A DNA stretch of 64,000 nucleotides from an uncultured Clostridia bacterium (GCA_948852945.1 CAQPBJ010000001.1:64417-128416), one strand, 5' to 3'. Positions 1 through 9,781 are shown, counted from the first letter of the stretch. Made by a program: numbers and translations. Notes: a model not told the origin generated them from the letters alone.

Positions 1-82
1 CTTTTTTATAGGAAAATACTGACAAATAGGCGTTTAAATGATATAATAAAAGGCAGTAATAATTACAAATAGAGAAAGGAAA

Positions 83-637
83 GTGAATATGAGAGAAGAG
101 TTATTAGATGTATTAGATAGCAATGGTATAAAAACAGGAGAAATATTACCAAGAAAAGAAGTACATAAAAAAGGACTATGGCATCGTATTATTGTTGTAG
201 CGATAGTTAATGAAAAAAATGAAGTATTAATACAACAAAGAAGTGAAAATAAAGATAAAAACCCAGGAATGTGGGATATATCAGTAACAGGACATTTATC
301 AGCAGGTCAAGACAGCTTAACAGCAGCAACTAGAGAAATCAGCGAAGAAGTAAGTGTAAGCTTAGGATATAGTGTTGAAGTTAGAGATTTTAGATTCATG
401 TTTTCTTATAGAAAAGAAGAAAAAGTAAATGATGATCACTATGATAGACAATTTTATGATTTCTTTATTTTAAGACAAAATGGACTAACAGCAGATAATA
501 TAAGATTTCAAGCTGAAGAAGTTCAAGCAATTAAATTTGTTTCTATCAATGAATTAAATAAAATGAGAGAAGAAGGAAAATTAGTTAATAGAGACGAATG
601 CTATGATGAATTAGCAGCATACTTATTTAGAATTTAG
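83..637 (+). CDS. NUDIX hydrolase
   Basis: 184-aa ORF. Nudix box GHLSAGQDSLTAATREISEEVSV fits GX5EX7REUXEEXGU. Confidence 0.8.
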   Translation: MNMREELLDVLDSNGIKTGEILPRKEVHKKGLWHRIIVVAIVNEKNEVLIQQRSENKDKNPGMWDISVTGHLSAGQDSLTAATREISEEVSVSLGYSVEVRDFRFMFSYRKEEKVNDDHYDRQFYDFFILRQNGLTADNIRFQAEEVQAIKFVSINELNKMREEGKLVNRDECYDELAAYLFRI

Positions 638-656
638 TAAGAGAATGGAGAAATAA

Positions 657-1280
657 ATGCTATTATATTTGTCATCACAAAAATTTGGAAATAAAACTAA
701 TCTACTAAAAAATTGGATTAAAGAATACGACAATAAAATATTGTTAGTTTTTAATGCAATGGATGCAAAAGGTGCAGAAAAGGTTGAAAACAATATAAAA
801 GAAGATAGAAAATTATTAGAAGAAATAGGATTTGAAGTTACAATATTAGATTTGAAAGAATATTTTGATAACAAGGAAAAATTAAAAGAAAAATTTATGA
901 AATATAATGCATGCTGCATTATGGGAGGAAATGTGTTTGTTTTAAGACAAGCAATGAAGTATAGTGGATTAGATAAGTTATTGCAGGAAAAGCTTACAAA
1001 CGAAGACTTTTTATATATTGGATATAGTGCAGGAAGTTGTGTAACAGGGAAAAATCTAAAAATTTTTGAACAAGTAGATGAACCTAAAAAATATTATAAT
1101 AAAAATCATATTTTTACTGAAGGATTAGATTTTATAGACTACATTTTTATACCACATTATAAGTCCGATTATCATAAAGTGCATCTAATCGAAGAAATAG
1201 TAAAGAAATGCAAAAGACAAAATAAAAAATATAAATCTGTAAGAGATGGAGAAGTAATTATAGAAAATATAAGAGGATAA
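657..1280 (+). CDS. Peptidase S51 / dipeptidase E-like (type 1 glutamine amidotransferase-like fold)
   Basis: 207-aa ORF with a GYSAGS nucleophile-elbow-like motif and the family's overall pattern. Recognised from memory only. Confidence 0.55.
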   Translation: MLLYLSSQKFGNKTNLLKNWIKEYDNKILLVFNAMDAKGAEKVENNIKEDRKLLEEIGFEVTILDLKEYFDNKEKLKEKFMKYNACCIMGGNVFVLRQAMKYSGLDKLLQEKLTNEDFLYIGYSAGSCVTGKNLKIFEQVDEPKKYYNKNHIFTEGLDFIDYIFIPHYKSDYHKVHLIEEIVKKCKRQNKKYKSVRDGEVIIENIRG

Positions 1281-1283
1281 TAC

Positions 1284-1967
1284 ATGAAAAATGAAATTAA
1301 TGAAGTAAGCCAAGAATTAAAAAATCATATTGAAAAAAATATTTTTCCAAAGTATAGCAAATATTATTCACATGGAATGATACATATTAATAATGTAATT
1401 AATAATATGATGATGCTTGCCGATTACTATAATTTAGATAAAAATATGGCATATACTATAGCTAGCTATCATGACTTAGGATTAAAAATTAGTAGAGAAA
1501 ATCATGAATACGAATCAGGAAAAATTTTAGAAAATGATTTGGAAATAAAAAAATATTTTAATGATGAAGATATTAAAGTAATGAAAGAAGCAATAGAAGA
1601 TCATAGAGGATCTCGAAAAGAAAGACCTAGAAACATTTATGGAGAATGCATGTCTGATTCAGATAGAGATTTTGATATTAAGCTTTTAGCTAAAAGACAG
1701 ATAGCAACATCAATAAAAAATTTACCAGAAATTAATGATTTTGATAAACATTTTGAAAACTGCTATAAATATATATGTAAGAGAATAAATAGTAATGGTA
1801 ATTTTAACATATGGACAAACAATCCAGTATTAGCACAAAAAAGAGATGACTTTCAAAAGAATTATTTAGACACAGAATATGCCAAATCAATATATAAAGC
1901 AGAGTGGAATAAAATATCAAAAGACGGAACAATGGAAAAAATAATAAATTATTATGAAGATTATTAA
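1284..1967 (+). CDS. HD-domain phosphohydrolase
   Basis: 227-aa ORF with H...HD metal-binding pattern (HGMIH ... SYHDLG). Confidence 0.65.
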   Translation: MKNEINEVSQELKNHIEKNIFPKYSKYYSHGMIHINNVINNMMMLADYYNLDKNMAYTIASYHDLGLKISRENHEYESGKILENDLEIKKYFNDEDIKVMKEAIEDHRGSRKERPRNIYGECMSDSDRDFDIKLLAKRQIATSIKNLPEINDFDKHFENCYKYICKRINSNGNFNIWTNNPVLAQKRDDFQKNYLDTEYAKSIYKAEWNKISKDGTMEKIINYYEDY

Positions 1968-1982
1968 GGAAGTGAAAATAAT

Positions 1983-2537
1983 ATGATAAACGAATATAAA
2001 GAACATGAAATAAAAGTTTTAGATATAGATATTGATCAATTAGTAAAAAGATTAGAAGAAATAGGAGCCAAAAAAGTTTATGACAATGAACGCACAATAA
2101 TTGCACTAGATACTAAAGAAAGAACATTTTTAAACAAACATGATAAATTAATTAGAGTAACAGACGAAGGCAATATAAAAGTAACAATGCATGTTAATCA
2201 AAGTAAACCAGAAATTAAAGAAGGAATAAAGTTTAAAACAAGTAGATTAAAAGAAACTATGGATTTCTTTCATGAAATAGGTTTAGACCCTATTAGTAAA
2301 GTAAAAGCAAGCAGGATATCGTATGAATTAGGAAAAATTGACTTCGATATAGATAAATTCCCCGCTATTCCAGCATTTTTAGAAATAGATATAGAATTTA
2401 TAAAAGAAGAAGGATATGAACTAGAACAATTATTAAAAGAATTAGGATTAGAAAATAATAAAGTAGTAGTTATGGGAACAGAAGATATTCATAATTTATA
2501 TGGTAAAGATTATTTTAATGAATATAGAGCTAAATAA
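1983..2537 (+). CDS. CYTH-domain protein (triphosphate tunnel metalloenzyme / class IV adenylyl cyclase-like)
   Basis: 184-aa ORF with N-terminal ExExK signature (EHEIKV) and typical CYTH length. Confidence 0.7.
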   Translation: MINEYKEHEIKVLDIDIDQLVKRLEEIGAKKVYDNERTIIALDTKERTFLNKHDKLIRVTDEGNIKVTMHVNQSKPEIKEGIKFKTSRLKETMDFFHEIGLDPISKVKASRISYELGKIDFDIDKFPAIPAFLEIDIEFIKEEGYELEQLLKELGLENNKVVVMGTEDIHNLYGKDYFNEYRAK

Positions 2538-2734
2538 GATAGAAGAAAAAGCATTATATGTTGCAAAAAATAATTAGAATAATGAATATTATAATGACTT
2601 AAATATTATGAAAGAAAGTAGTTCTTTTATAGAAAATCAATACCAAAAGAAAATTTATTGATAAAAATAAGAAAATATTTAAATGAATTAAAATTAAGAG
2701 AATTTTAATAATAATTATAGTTAAAGGAGGGATT

Positions 2735-3733
2735 ATGAGAAAAACTAACAATGAAATAATGATTTATGAAGATAAAGATGGCGTGACAAAAGTAAATGTA
2801 AAATTTACTAATGAAGATTTATGGCTTACACAAAATCAATTAGCTAGTATTTATAAAACTACTCAACAAAATATTAGTCTACATATAAAAAGTATTTATA
2901 ATGATGGTGAGCTTCAAGAAAATTCAACTAACAAGAAATTCTTGTTAGTTCAAAAAGAAGGAAATAGAGAAGTAAAAAGAAATATAGATCATTATAATTT
3001 AGATATGATAATTGCCTTGGGATATAGAGTTCAATCAGAAGTAGCAGTTAGATTTAGAATATGGGCAACTGAAAGACTACACGAATACATACAAAAAGGT
3101 TTTTCAATGGATGATGAAAGATTAAAACAAGGTGGAAATAGATATTTTAGAGAATTATTACAACGAATTAGAGACATTCGTTCAAGTGAAAGAAACTTTT
3201 ATCAACAGGTAACAGATATTTACGCAACAAGTATTGATTATGATCCAAGAAGTGATATGACGAAAAAATTCTTTGCAACAGTGCAAAACAAATTACATTA
3301 TGCGGTTCACGAACATACAGCAGCAGAATTAATTTATGATAGAGTTGATAATGAAAAGCCTTATGTTGGGATGACAAATTTTAAAGGCGATTATGTTACA
3401 ATAGATGATGTAAAAATTGCTAAAAATTATTTGTCAGAAATAGAATTACAAAGACTTAATTTATTAGTATCTCAATTTTTAGATTATGCAGAATTGCAAG
3501 CATTAGAACAAAGAAGTATGAAAATGATAGATTGGATAGAAGAATTAGATAATCAAATACTTTTGAATAGAAGAGAAATATTAGAAGATAATGGAAAAAT
3601 ATCTCACGCAGAAGCAATAAAAAAGGCTGAAAAAGAATTTAAAATTTATCGTGAAAGAGAGATAAAAGAATTACAAAGTGATTTTGACATAATGATAAAA
3701 TTATTAAATAATAATAAAAATGAAAGTAAATAA
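2735..3733 (+). CDS. RhuM-family protein
   Basis: 332-aa ORF. Strong SD (AAAGGAGGG) 7 nt upstream. N-terminal pattern (IYEDKDG..V.V....LWLTQ.Q.A.....Q.NIS.HI..I) and central LGYRV...A..FR.WAT are typical of RhuM. Confidence 0.7.
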   Translation: MRKTNNEIMIYEDKDGVTKVNVKFTNEDLWLTQNQLASIYKTTQQNISLHIKSIYNDGELQENSTNKKFLLVQKEGNREVKRNIDHYNLDMIIALGYRVQSEVAVRFRIWATERLHEYIQKGFSMDDERLKQGGNRYFRELLQRIRDIRSSERNFYQQVTDIYATSIDYDPRSDMTKKFFATVQNKLHYAVHEHTAAELIYDRVDNEKPYVGMTNFKGDYVTIDDVKIAKNYLSEIELQRLNLLVSQFLDYAELQALEQRSMKMIDWIEELDNQILLNRREILEDNGKISHAEAIKKAEKEFKIYREREIKELQSDFDIMIKLLNNNKNESK

Positions 3734-3813
3734 TAAAAAAATGACAACAAGTTGTTGCCAAATAGAATTTTAAATCTGTCGAATTCGACGGGATAATAAA
3801 GGAAGTGAAAATA

Positions 3814-3969
3814 ATGAATAAGACTCAAAATAAGAAAAGCGATAATAGAATAGACGAAAATATGCCAAAAATGAACATCAACTGGTTGATTACGATTTAT
3901 TTAAACCCCTTAGCAACGCCTTATAAATACAGAGATTCCACGAATTTAGATCTTACACATTTTGGCTAA
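3814..3969 (+). CDS. Possible 51-aa small ORF, function unknown
   Basis: ATG preceded by the repeated AAGGAAGTGAAAATA element. No recognisable family. Carries one copy of the GATTACGA..TTTAAACCCCT short repeat. Confidence 0.2.
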   Translation: MNKTQNKKSDNRIDENMPKMNINWLITIYLNPLATPYKYRDSTNLDLTHFG

Positions 3970-4091
3970 AAAGAAGCAAAAATCACTAAAAAATCATAAA
4001 ATCATAGCAAATTTAATGAATTTTATTATAGGAATTCAAAAGGTGATTACGACATTTAAACCCCTCAATAAAAGAGAAAGAAGGTGTTAAT

Positions 4092-4952
4092 TTGAAGAAT
4101 AAATTAGAGACGATATCAAATCTATTTGAAGATAAGGAAATAAGAAGTATTTGGGATAGTGAAAAAGAAGAGTATTATTTTAGCGTAGTTGATGTTGTAA
4201 GTGCATTGACAGAAAGTAATGATGCGAGAAAATATTGGTCTGTATTAAAATTGAGATTAAAAAAAGAGGAGTCTGAGTTGGCTACAAATTGTAGTCAACT
4301 GAAATTAAAATCAAGTGACGGTAAATATTATAATCAGGATGTACTTGATACAAAAGGAATTTTAAGACTTATTGAATCAGTTCCGAGTCCAAAAGCAGAA
4401 CCTTTTAAATTATGGTTAGCGAATCTTGGTAGTGAGAGAATTGATGAAGTATTTGATCCTGAAATCGCAATAAATCGAGCAGTAAATTATTATCGTAATA
4501 AAGGTTATACAGACGAATGGATTAAGGCTAGATTAATGGGAATAGTAGATAGATTTAAACTTACGGACATTTGGAAAGAAGGAGGCATAAACAAACCAAT
4601 AGAATATGCTTTACTAACCAATGAAATTTATAAAGGATGGTCTGGAATGAAAGTTAATGAATACAAGGAATTAAAAGGGCTAAGAAAAGAATCTTTAAGA
4701 GATAATATGACTGATATAGAAGTTGCACTTACAAATATAGGAGAGATTGCAACACGAGATATCGCAAGAGAAGAACATCCACAAGGCTTAAAAGAAAATT
4801 TGAAAGTTGCCAAACGAGGTGGAGGAGTTGCTAAAGGTGCTAGAGATTTATATGAAAAGGAAACAAAAAAATCTGCTATTTCTAAAGACAATGCACTCAA
4901 TTATCAATATGTTAATGAACAACAAAAAATAGAGAGTAAAGTTAATGAGTAA
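4092..4952 (+). CDS. Bro-N domain / DinD-like (DNA-damage-inducible protein D family) protein
   Basis: 286-aa ORF. N-terminal Bro-N-like segment (FEDKEIRSIWDSEKEEYYFSVVDVVSAL) followed by a DinD-like helical region. Confidence 0.6.
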   Translation: MKNKLETISNLFEDKEIRSIWDSEKEEYYFSVVDVVSALTESNDARKYWSVLKLRLKKEESELATNCSQLKLKSSDGKYYNQDVLDTKGILRLIESVPSPKAEPFKLWLANLGSERIDEVFDPEIAINRAVNYYRNKGYTDEWIKARLMGIVDRFKLTDIWKEGGINKPIEYALLTNEIYKGWSGMKVNEYKELKGLRKESLRDNMTDIEVALTNIGEIATRDIAREEHPQGLKENLKVAKRGGGVAKGARDLYEKETKKSAISKDNALNYQYVNEQQKIESKVNE

Positions 4953-5010
4953 ATTCACACATTTACCATTAATTACATTTGAATATATAATTAATTTGGA
5001 GTGTGATTTT

Positions 5011-5286
5011 ATGGATAAATATAATATTGAAGAAATTAAAGAAAAATTAGAAAGATGTAAAAGCATGAAACTGGAAGATGTAACGCTAGATGATGTAGAC
5101 GAAATAAGTTCTATAAAAATAGATAGAAGAAAACCTAGTAATGAAAGAATATTAGATTTTTTGACTAAAGTAAAAAATCCATATATATTTAAAGTGAATG
5201 GTAAATTAGTTAGAATTAGATTTTCAGATACAGATAAAACTGCAGAAGATTGTTTAACTAGAGTATTGGAAAATTTATACAGATAA
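5011..5286 (+). CDS. Hypothetical small protein
   Basis: Start moved to the internal ATG at 5011 with a GGAG upstream. AT-rich composition. No family assigned with confidence. Confidence 0.4.
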   Translation: MDKYNIEEIKEKLERCKSMKLEDVTLDDVDEISSIKIDRRKPSNERILDFLTKVKNPYIFKVNGKLVRIRFSDTDKTAEDCLTRVLENLYR

Positions 5287-5303
5287 AGTTAATTGGAGGT
5301 AAA

Positions 5304-5702
5304 ATGAAAGCAATAACAATTAAACAACCATGGGCAACATTAATAGCAGAAGGTTATAAAGAATATGAATTTAGAACATGGAAAACTAAATATCGTGGAG
5401 ATATATTAATTCATGCAGGTAAAGGGATAGATAAAAAGGCAATGGAGAGATTCAAACATTTAAATTTAGAATATCCAGTTGGTCAAATTATTGCAAAGGC
5501 AATAATTACTGATTGTGTCAAAGTTGATGATAGATTAAGAGATGTATTAGCTAAAAAAGATCCAATAGTATATAAAGGCGTAATAAATAAAACATCGAAT
5601 GATTGGGATGGATATGGATTTAAATTAGAAAACATTGAAAAAATAAATCCTATTGAAGTAAATGGTAAATTAAGCTTATGGGATTATGATTATGAAAATT
5701 AA
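5304..5702 (+). CDS. ASCH-domain protein
   Basis: 132-aa ORF. N-terminal IKQPWATLIAEGYKEYEFRTW..YRGDILIHAG matches the ASCH/PUA-like pattern. Confidence 0.65.
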   Translation: MKAITIKQPWATLIAEGYKEYEFRTWKTKYRGDILIHAGKGIDKKAMERFKHLNLEYPVGQIIAKAIITDCVKVDDRLRDVLAKKDPIVYKGVINKTSNDWDGYGFKLENIEKINPIEVNGKLSLWDYDYEN

Positions 5703-5728
5703 ATAATAAGGAGTTATGGAGAAATAGT

Positions 5729-6076
5729 ATGAAACATAGAATGAATTTAAATAATAACCCCTTTAATCTTATAAAGAATGGAACAAAAACTATAGAATTA
5801 CGATTAAACGATGAAAAAAGGCAACTGCTAAAAGAAAAAGATTTGATAGAGTTTACAAATAGAACGACATTAGAAGTCATAATGGTTGAAGTAGTAAAAT
5901 TATACAAATATTCAAATTTTGGCGAGTTATATAAACATTTTGATAAAATATCAATGGGATACGATAAAGATGATTTTGCAAATCCTAAAGATATGGAAAA
6001 ATATTATTCTAAAGAAGAACAAGAAAAATATGGAGTTGTTGGCATAGAAATAAGAGTGATAGAAGATAGGAAGTGA
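5729..6076 (+). CDS. ASCH-like domain protein
   Basis: 115-aa ORF. F.LIKNGTKTIELRLNDEKR pattern resembles YqfB/ASCH. Second ASCH paralog in tandem. Confidence 0.5.
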   Translation: MKHRMNLNNNPFNLIKNGTKTIELRLNDEKRQLLKEKDLIEFTNRTTLEVIMVEVVKLYKYSNFGELYKHFDKISMGYDKDDFANPKDMEKYYSKEEQEKYGVVGIEIRVIEDRK

Positions 6077-6080
6077 AAAT

Positions 6081-6968
6081 ATGGACAATCAACAAAATAG
6101 GGCAAATATAAACTGGTATCCAGGTCATATGGCAAAAACTAAGAGGCAAATGATAGAAGACTCAAAACTAATAGATGTAGTAGTAGAAATATTAGATGCA
6201 CGTATACCAAAATCAAGCCAAAATCCAGACATAGCAGAAATTATTAAAAATAAAAAAAGAATAATAGTACTAAATAAAAGCGATTTAGCAGATGAAAAAG
6301 AAACAAGAAAATGGATAGAATATTTTAAGAAAAAGAATATAACCGCAATAGAAGCGGATTCTAATCAAGGAAAAGGAATTGAACAAGTAAAAAAATCAAT
6401 TGAAAATATAATGGAAGCAGAATTAAAAGCTCAAAATGAAAAAGGCAGAATTAGAAAAACAATAAGAGTCATGATTATTGGTATACCTAATGTAGGAAAA
6501 TCATCATTCATAAATAGAATATCAAAGAAAACTACAATGACAGTAGGAAATAAACCGGGTGTAACTAAACAAAAACAATGGATAAGAATAGGAAATCAGA
6601 TAGAATTATTAGACACTCCAGGTGTACTTTGGCCTAAATTTGAAAGTGAAGAAGTAGGATTAAATTTAGCATATACAGGAAGTATCAAAGACGATGTACT
6701 AGAAAGAACAGAAGTTGCATATACACTAATTCAATATTTAGATAAAAATTATCCAGAAAAATTATATGAAAAATATAAAATAACAACAGAAAATCTAGAA
6801 AAAATAAAAAATCACCCACAATATTATCTTGAACTAATGTACCTAATTGGAAGAAAAAGAGGAGCATTAATATCAGGAGGAAATATAGATGAAGAAAAAG
6901 TTGCAAATATAATATTAGATGATTTTAAAAATGGCAAAATAGGAAAAATAACACTTGAAAAAGTGTAA
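6081..6968 (+). CDS. rbgA: Ribosome biogenesis GTPase A (YlqF/RbgA)
   Basis: INWYPGHMAKTKR start, circularly permuted GTPase motifs (NKSDL ... GIPNVGKSS ... DTPG). Confidence 0.9.
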   Translation: MDNQQNRANINWYPGHMAKTKRQMIEDSKLIDVVVEILDARIPKSSQNPDIAEIIKNKKRIIVLNKSDLADEKETRKWIEYFKKKNITAIEADSNQGKGIEQVKKSIENIMEAELKAQNEKGRIRKTIRVMIIGIPNVGKSSFINRISKKTTMTVGNKPGVTKQKQWIRIGNQIELLDTPGVLWPKFESEEVGLNLAYTGSIKDDVLERTEVAYTLIQYLDKNYPEKLYEKYKITTENLEKIKNHPQYYLELMYLIGRKRGALISGGNIDEEKVANIILDDFKNGKIGKITLEKV

Positions 6969-6983
6969 AAAGAAAGGAACAAA

Positions 6984-7385
6984 ATGGAGTTAATAGAAAG
7001 AAAAAAAGACGAAACAGAAGTCAATTTGTTATCACCACTAACATGGGCATATGTAGGAGATGCAATCTATGAACTATACATACGAACCAATTTAGTAAAT
7101 AAAACAAAACTAAAGCCACATAAATTACATATAGAATCTATAAAATATGTAAAAGCAAAGGCTCAAGCAGACATATTAAAAAGATTAATGGATGATTTAA
7201 CAGAAGAAGAAAAAGAAATTGTAAGAAGAGCAAGAAATGCAGAGAATCATCATTTACCTAAGAATGCAGACCCAGAGGATTACATGTATTCAACAGCATT
7301 TGAAGGATTAGTAGGATATTTATATTTATCTAAAAAAGACGAAAGACTAAAAGAAATTTTAGAAAAATGTATAATAGAAGAATAA
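6984..7385 (+). CDS. mrnC: Mini-ribonuclease 3
   Basis: 133-aa ORF with LTWAYVGDAIYELYIR RNase III-like signature. Follows rbgA. Confidence 0.85.
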   Translation: MELIERKKDETEVNLLSPLTWAYVGDAIYELYIRTNLVNKTKLKPHKLHIESIKYVKAKAQADILKRLMDDLTEEEKEIVRRARNAENHHLPKNADPEDYMYSTAFEGLVGYLYLSKKDERLKEILEKCIIEE

Positions 7386-7415
7386 GCTACAGGTTGATGC
7401 AGCTTATTCTTTTTT
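7384..7415 (+). terminator. Intrinsic terminator after mrnC
   Basis: AAGCTACAGGTTGATGCAGCTT hairpin followed by ATTCTTTTTT. Confidence 0.7.
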
Positions 7416-7493
7416 GGTATTTAATTAGACAAAGTTATGTAAACATGATATAATAAGCAATATACGACATTTGAAGAATAGGAGAGAAGAGAT

Positions 7494-7781
7494 ATGTTGC
7501 ATCCTGAAATGGAGCGGTTTCGCGTAATGCGAGACCAAGTACACACAGAAGAATTGGAAAAAAGAATGCAATGTGATGAATTTGATCCAAGCTTCTACTT
7601 AGAAGGAAGCGAAGAACAGCAGATGTACATTAAGGGACACGAAGATGGACTGGAAGCAATACCAGGGAAAAGTGTTTTCTTTTTGGAACTTGCTGGAAGC
7701 ATGAGAAAAGCGTATGCACATGGCTTTCGTACAGGAGAAAATATCAAAACCAATCAGGCATTAAGCTCCGATTACGAATAG
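7494..7781 (+). CDS. Hypothetical 95-aa protein (high-GC cassette A)
   Basis: Long ORF in a locally GC-rich segment. TG-n-TATAAT promoter around 7446-7455 and SD GGAGAG. GC-rich terminator at 7788-7824. Uses CGG/CGC/CTG codons. Confidence 0.5.
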   Translation: MLHPEMERFRVMRDQVHTEELEKRMQCDEFDPSFYLEGSEEQQMYIKGHEDGLEAIPGKSVFFLELAGSMRKAYAHGFRTGENIKTNQALSSDYE

Positions 7782-7787
7782 TCAAAA

Positions 7788-7824
7788 GCAAAACCACCAG
7801 CTGAAATTTAAGCAGGTGGTTTTG
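7788..7824 (+). terminator. Intrinsic terminator of cassette A
   Basis: CAAAACCACCAGC...GCAGGTGGTTTTG hairpin. Confidence 0.75.
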
Positions 7825-7896
7825 CATATATTAAAAAATAATAAAAGGATTTGAAAATAAAACCTCAAATCCTTTATTTATAGGCAATTTATAGCC

Positions 7897-7971
7897 TGGT
7901 GACCCCTACGGGAATCGAACCCATGATTCCACCTTGAGAGGGTGGCGTCTTAGCCGCTTGACCAAGGGGCC
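7897..7971 (-). tRNA. tRNA-Glu (anticodon CUC), CCA encoded
   Basis: Reverse complement GGCCCCTTGGTCAAGCGGCTAAGACGCCACCCTCTCAAGGTGGAATCATGGGTTCGATTCCCGTAGGGGTCACCA folds as a cloverleaf. Anticodon loop CUCUCAA. Close to Bacillus tRNA-Glu as I remember it. Confidence 0.85.
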
Positions 7972-8123
7972 ATAATCAGTACTTACTATTTATACCACAA
8001 ATAGTAGGTTTTCGTCAATAGAAGAGAAAAGAAAAAATATTTTATTTTTTGCGAACAAATGTATTGACAAAAAACAAAATAGAAGTATAATATTTATACA
8101 AACAAACGTACGGAGGTATAATT

Positions 8124-9734
8124 ATGATAGGTACATTACATATTAAAAATGTTGGGATTATAGATGATATAAGTATTAACTTAAACGAAGGATTTAACGT
8201 ATTTACAGGTGAAACAGGAGCAGGAAAAACATTAATAATAGATTCATTACAAGTATTAGCCGGAGGTAGATTTTCTAAAGAAATAATTCGACATGGAGAA
8301 AAAAGTTCATTTATTGAAATGCTAGTATATGTAAATAATGAAGAATATATAATATCAAGAGAAGTAAATATATCAGGAAGAAATATCTGCAAAATAAATG
8401 GAAGATTAACAACAGTAAATGAATTAAAAAATTTTATGAAAAAGGTAATAGATATTCATGGACAGCAAGACAACCAAACAATATTAGAATCCTCTAGTCA
8501 TATAAAGTTCTTAGATGATTTTATTGGTAAAAATATAGTTGAAATAAAAAAAGAATATCAAGAAAAATATAATAGATATATACAAATAAAAGAAGAACTA
8601 AGAAAAAATTATGGTGACGATAAAGAAAAACAAAGAAAGTTAGACTTATTACAATACCAATTAAATGAAATTGAAGAAGCAAATTTATATGAAGGTGAAG
8701 AAGAAGAACTAGACGAACAAATTAAAAAATTAATGAACTTCGAAAAAATACAAAAAAACTTAGAAGAGTCACATTATAAATTAGAAGAAGGAATTTTAAC
8801 AGAGCTAAACACAGTAATAAGATCAATAGAAAAAATAAGTGATTATGATAAAAACTACGAGAAAATATTAGAACAGATCCAAAATGCTTATTATAACTTA
8901 GAAGAATCAGAAAGAGACTTATATAACTATAAAGAAAATGTATATTTTGATGAAGAAGAAAAATCAAACATAGAAACAAGAATTGATTTAATACAAGGAC
9001 TAAAAAGAAAATATGGAAATAATATATCAGAAATACTAGAATACATGGAAGATGTAAAAAAACAATTAAATGATATAGAAAACATGTCAGAATATATTGA
9101 AAGAATAAAAAAAGAAAAACAAAAAATAGAAGAAGAATTAGAAGAACTATCAAATAAAATGCATCAACTACGAATAGAATTTGCTAAAAAAATGTCAGAA
9201 GAAATTAATGAAGAACTTAAAGATTTGGAAATGAAAAATGCAAAATTTTCAGTAAAAATAGAATACCGAGAAGAATTCAATACAAATGGAAAAGACAATA
9301 TAGAGTTTTTAATTCAAACTAATATTGGTGAAATTGAAAAACCATTAATAAAAATAGCATCAGGTGGAGAGATGTCAAGAATAATGTTAGGAATCAAAAA
9401 AGTATTAGCTGATATAGATGAAGTGCCAATATTAATATTTGATGAAATAGATACAGGAATTAGTGGAATAGCAGCCAAAAAAGTTGGAATCAAAATGAAA
9501 GAAATATCAAAAAAACATCAAGTAATATGTGTAACACATTTAGCTCCAATAGCTGCTAAAGGAGATTATAATTATTTTATACAAAAAGAAGTTAAAGATA
9601 ATAAAACTAATACAAAAATAGAACAATTAGATGAAGAAGGAACTTTAAAAGAAATAGCTAGAATAGCATCAGGAGAGATAAATGAAATCTCAATAAATCA
9701 TGCTAAAGAACTTAGAAAAGAAAAAGTTGCATAA
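8124..9734 (+). CDS. recN: DNA repair protein RecN
   Basis: N-terminal Walker A (FTGETGAGKT), long coiled-coil, C-terminal ASGGE signature and Walker B (ILIFDEIDTGISG). Confidence 0.88.
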   Translation: MIGTLHIKNVGIIDDISINLNEGFNVFTGETGAGKTLIIDSLQVLAGGRFSKEIIRHGEKSSFIEMLVYVNNEEYIISREVNISGRNICKINGRLTTVNELKNFMKKVIDIHGQQDNQTILESSSHIKFLDDFIGKNIVEIKKEYQEKYNRYIQIKEELRKNYGDDKEKQRKLDLLQYQLNEIEEANLYEGEEEELDEQIKKLMNFEKIQKNLEESHYKLEEGILTELNTVIRSIEKISDYDKNYEKILEQIQNAYYNLEESERDLYNYKENVYFDEEEKSNIETRIDLIQGLKRKYGNNISEILEYMEDVKKQLNDIENMSEYIERIKKEKQKIEEELEELSNKMHQLRIEFAKKMSEEINEELKDLEMKNAKFSVKIEYREEFNTNGKDNIEFLIQTNIGEIEKPLIKIASGGEMSRIMLGIKKVLADIDEVPILIFDEIDTGISGIAAKKVGIKMKEISKKHQVICVTHLAPIAAKGDYNYFIQKEVKDNKTNTKIEQLDEEGTLKEIARIASGEINEISINHAKELRKEKVA

Positions 9735-9781
9735 AAAAGTATTATTTTCCCAAACTAATATAAAGAAAGAGGTGAATATTA

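Noticed and set aside
623-919. Numerous antisense ORFs appear in the track. Examples are 623-919(-), 8722-9153(-), 11473-12051(-), 14339-15007(-), 37542-38051(-), 44977-45312(-), 47067-47570(-), 51911-52507(-) and 55919-56434(-).
   Set aside because: They lie opposite well-supported genes. They translate to L/F/I/S-rich low-complexity strings, which is the mirror of K/E/N-rich AT-biased coding. They also lack SD sequences.
2735-6076. The RhuM/Bro-N/ASCH block might be a prophage or a known defence system.
   Set aside because: No integrase, repressor, capsid, terminase or nuclease/ATPase defence hallmark is visible. I report it only as an accessory block.
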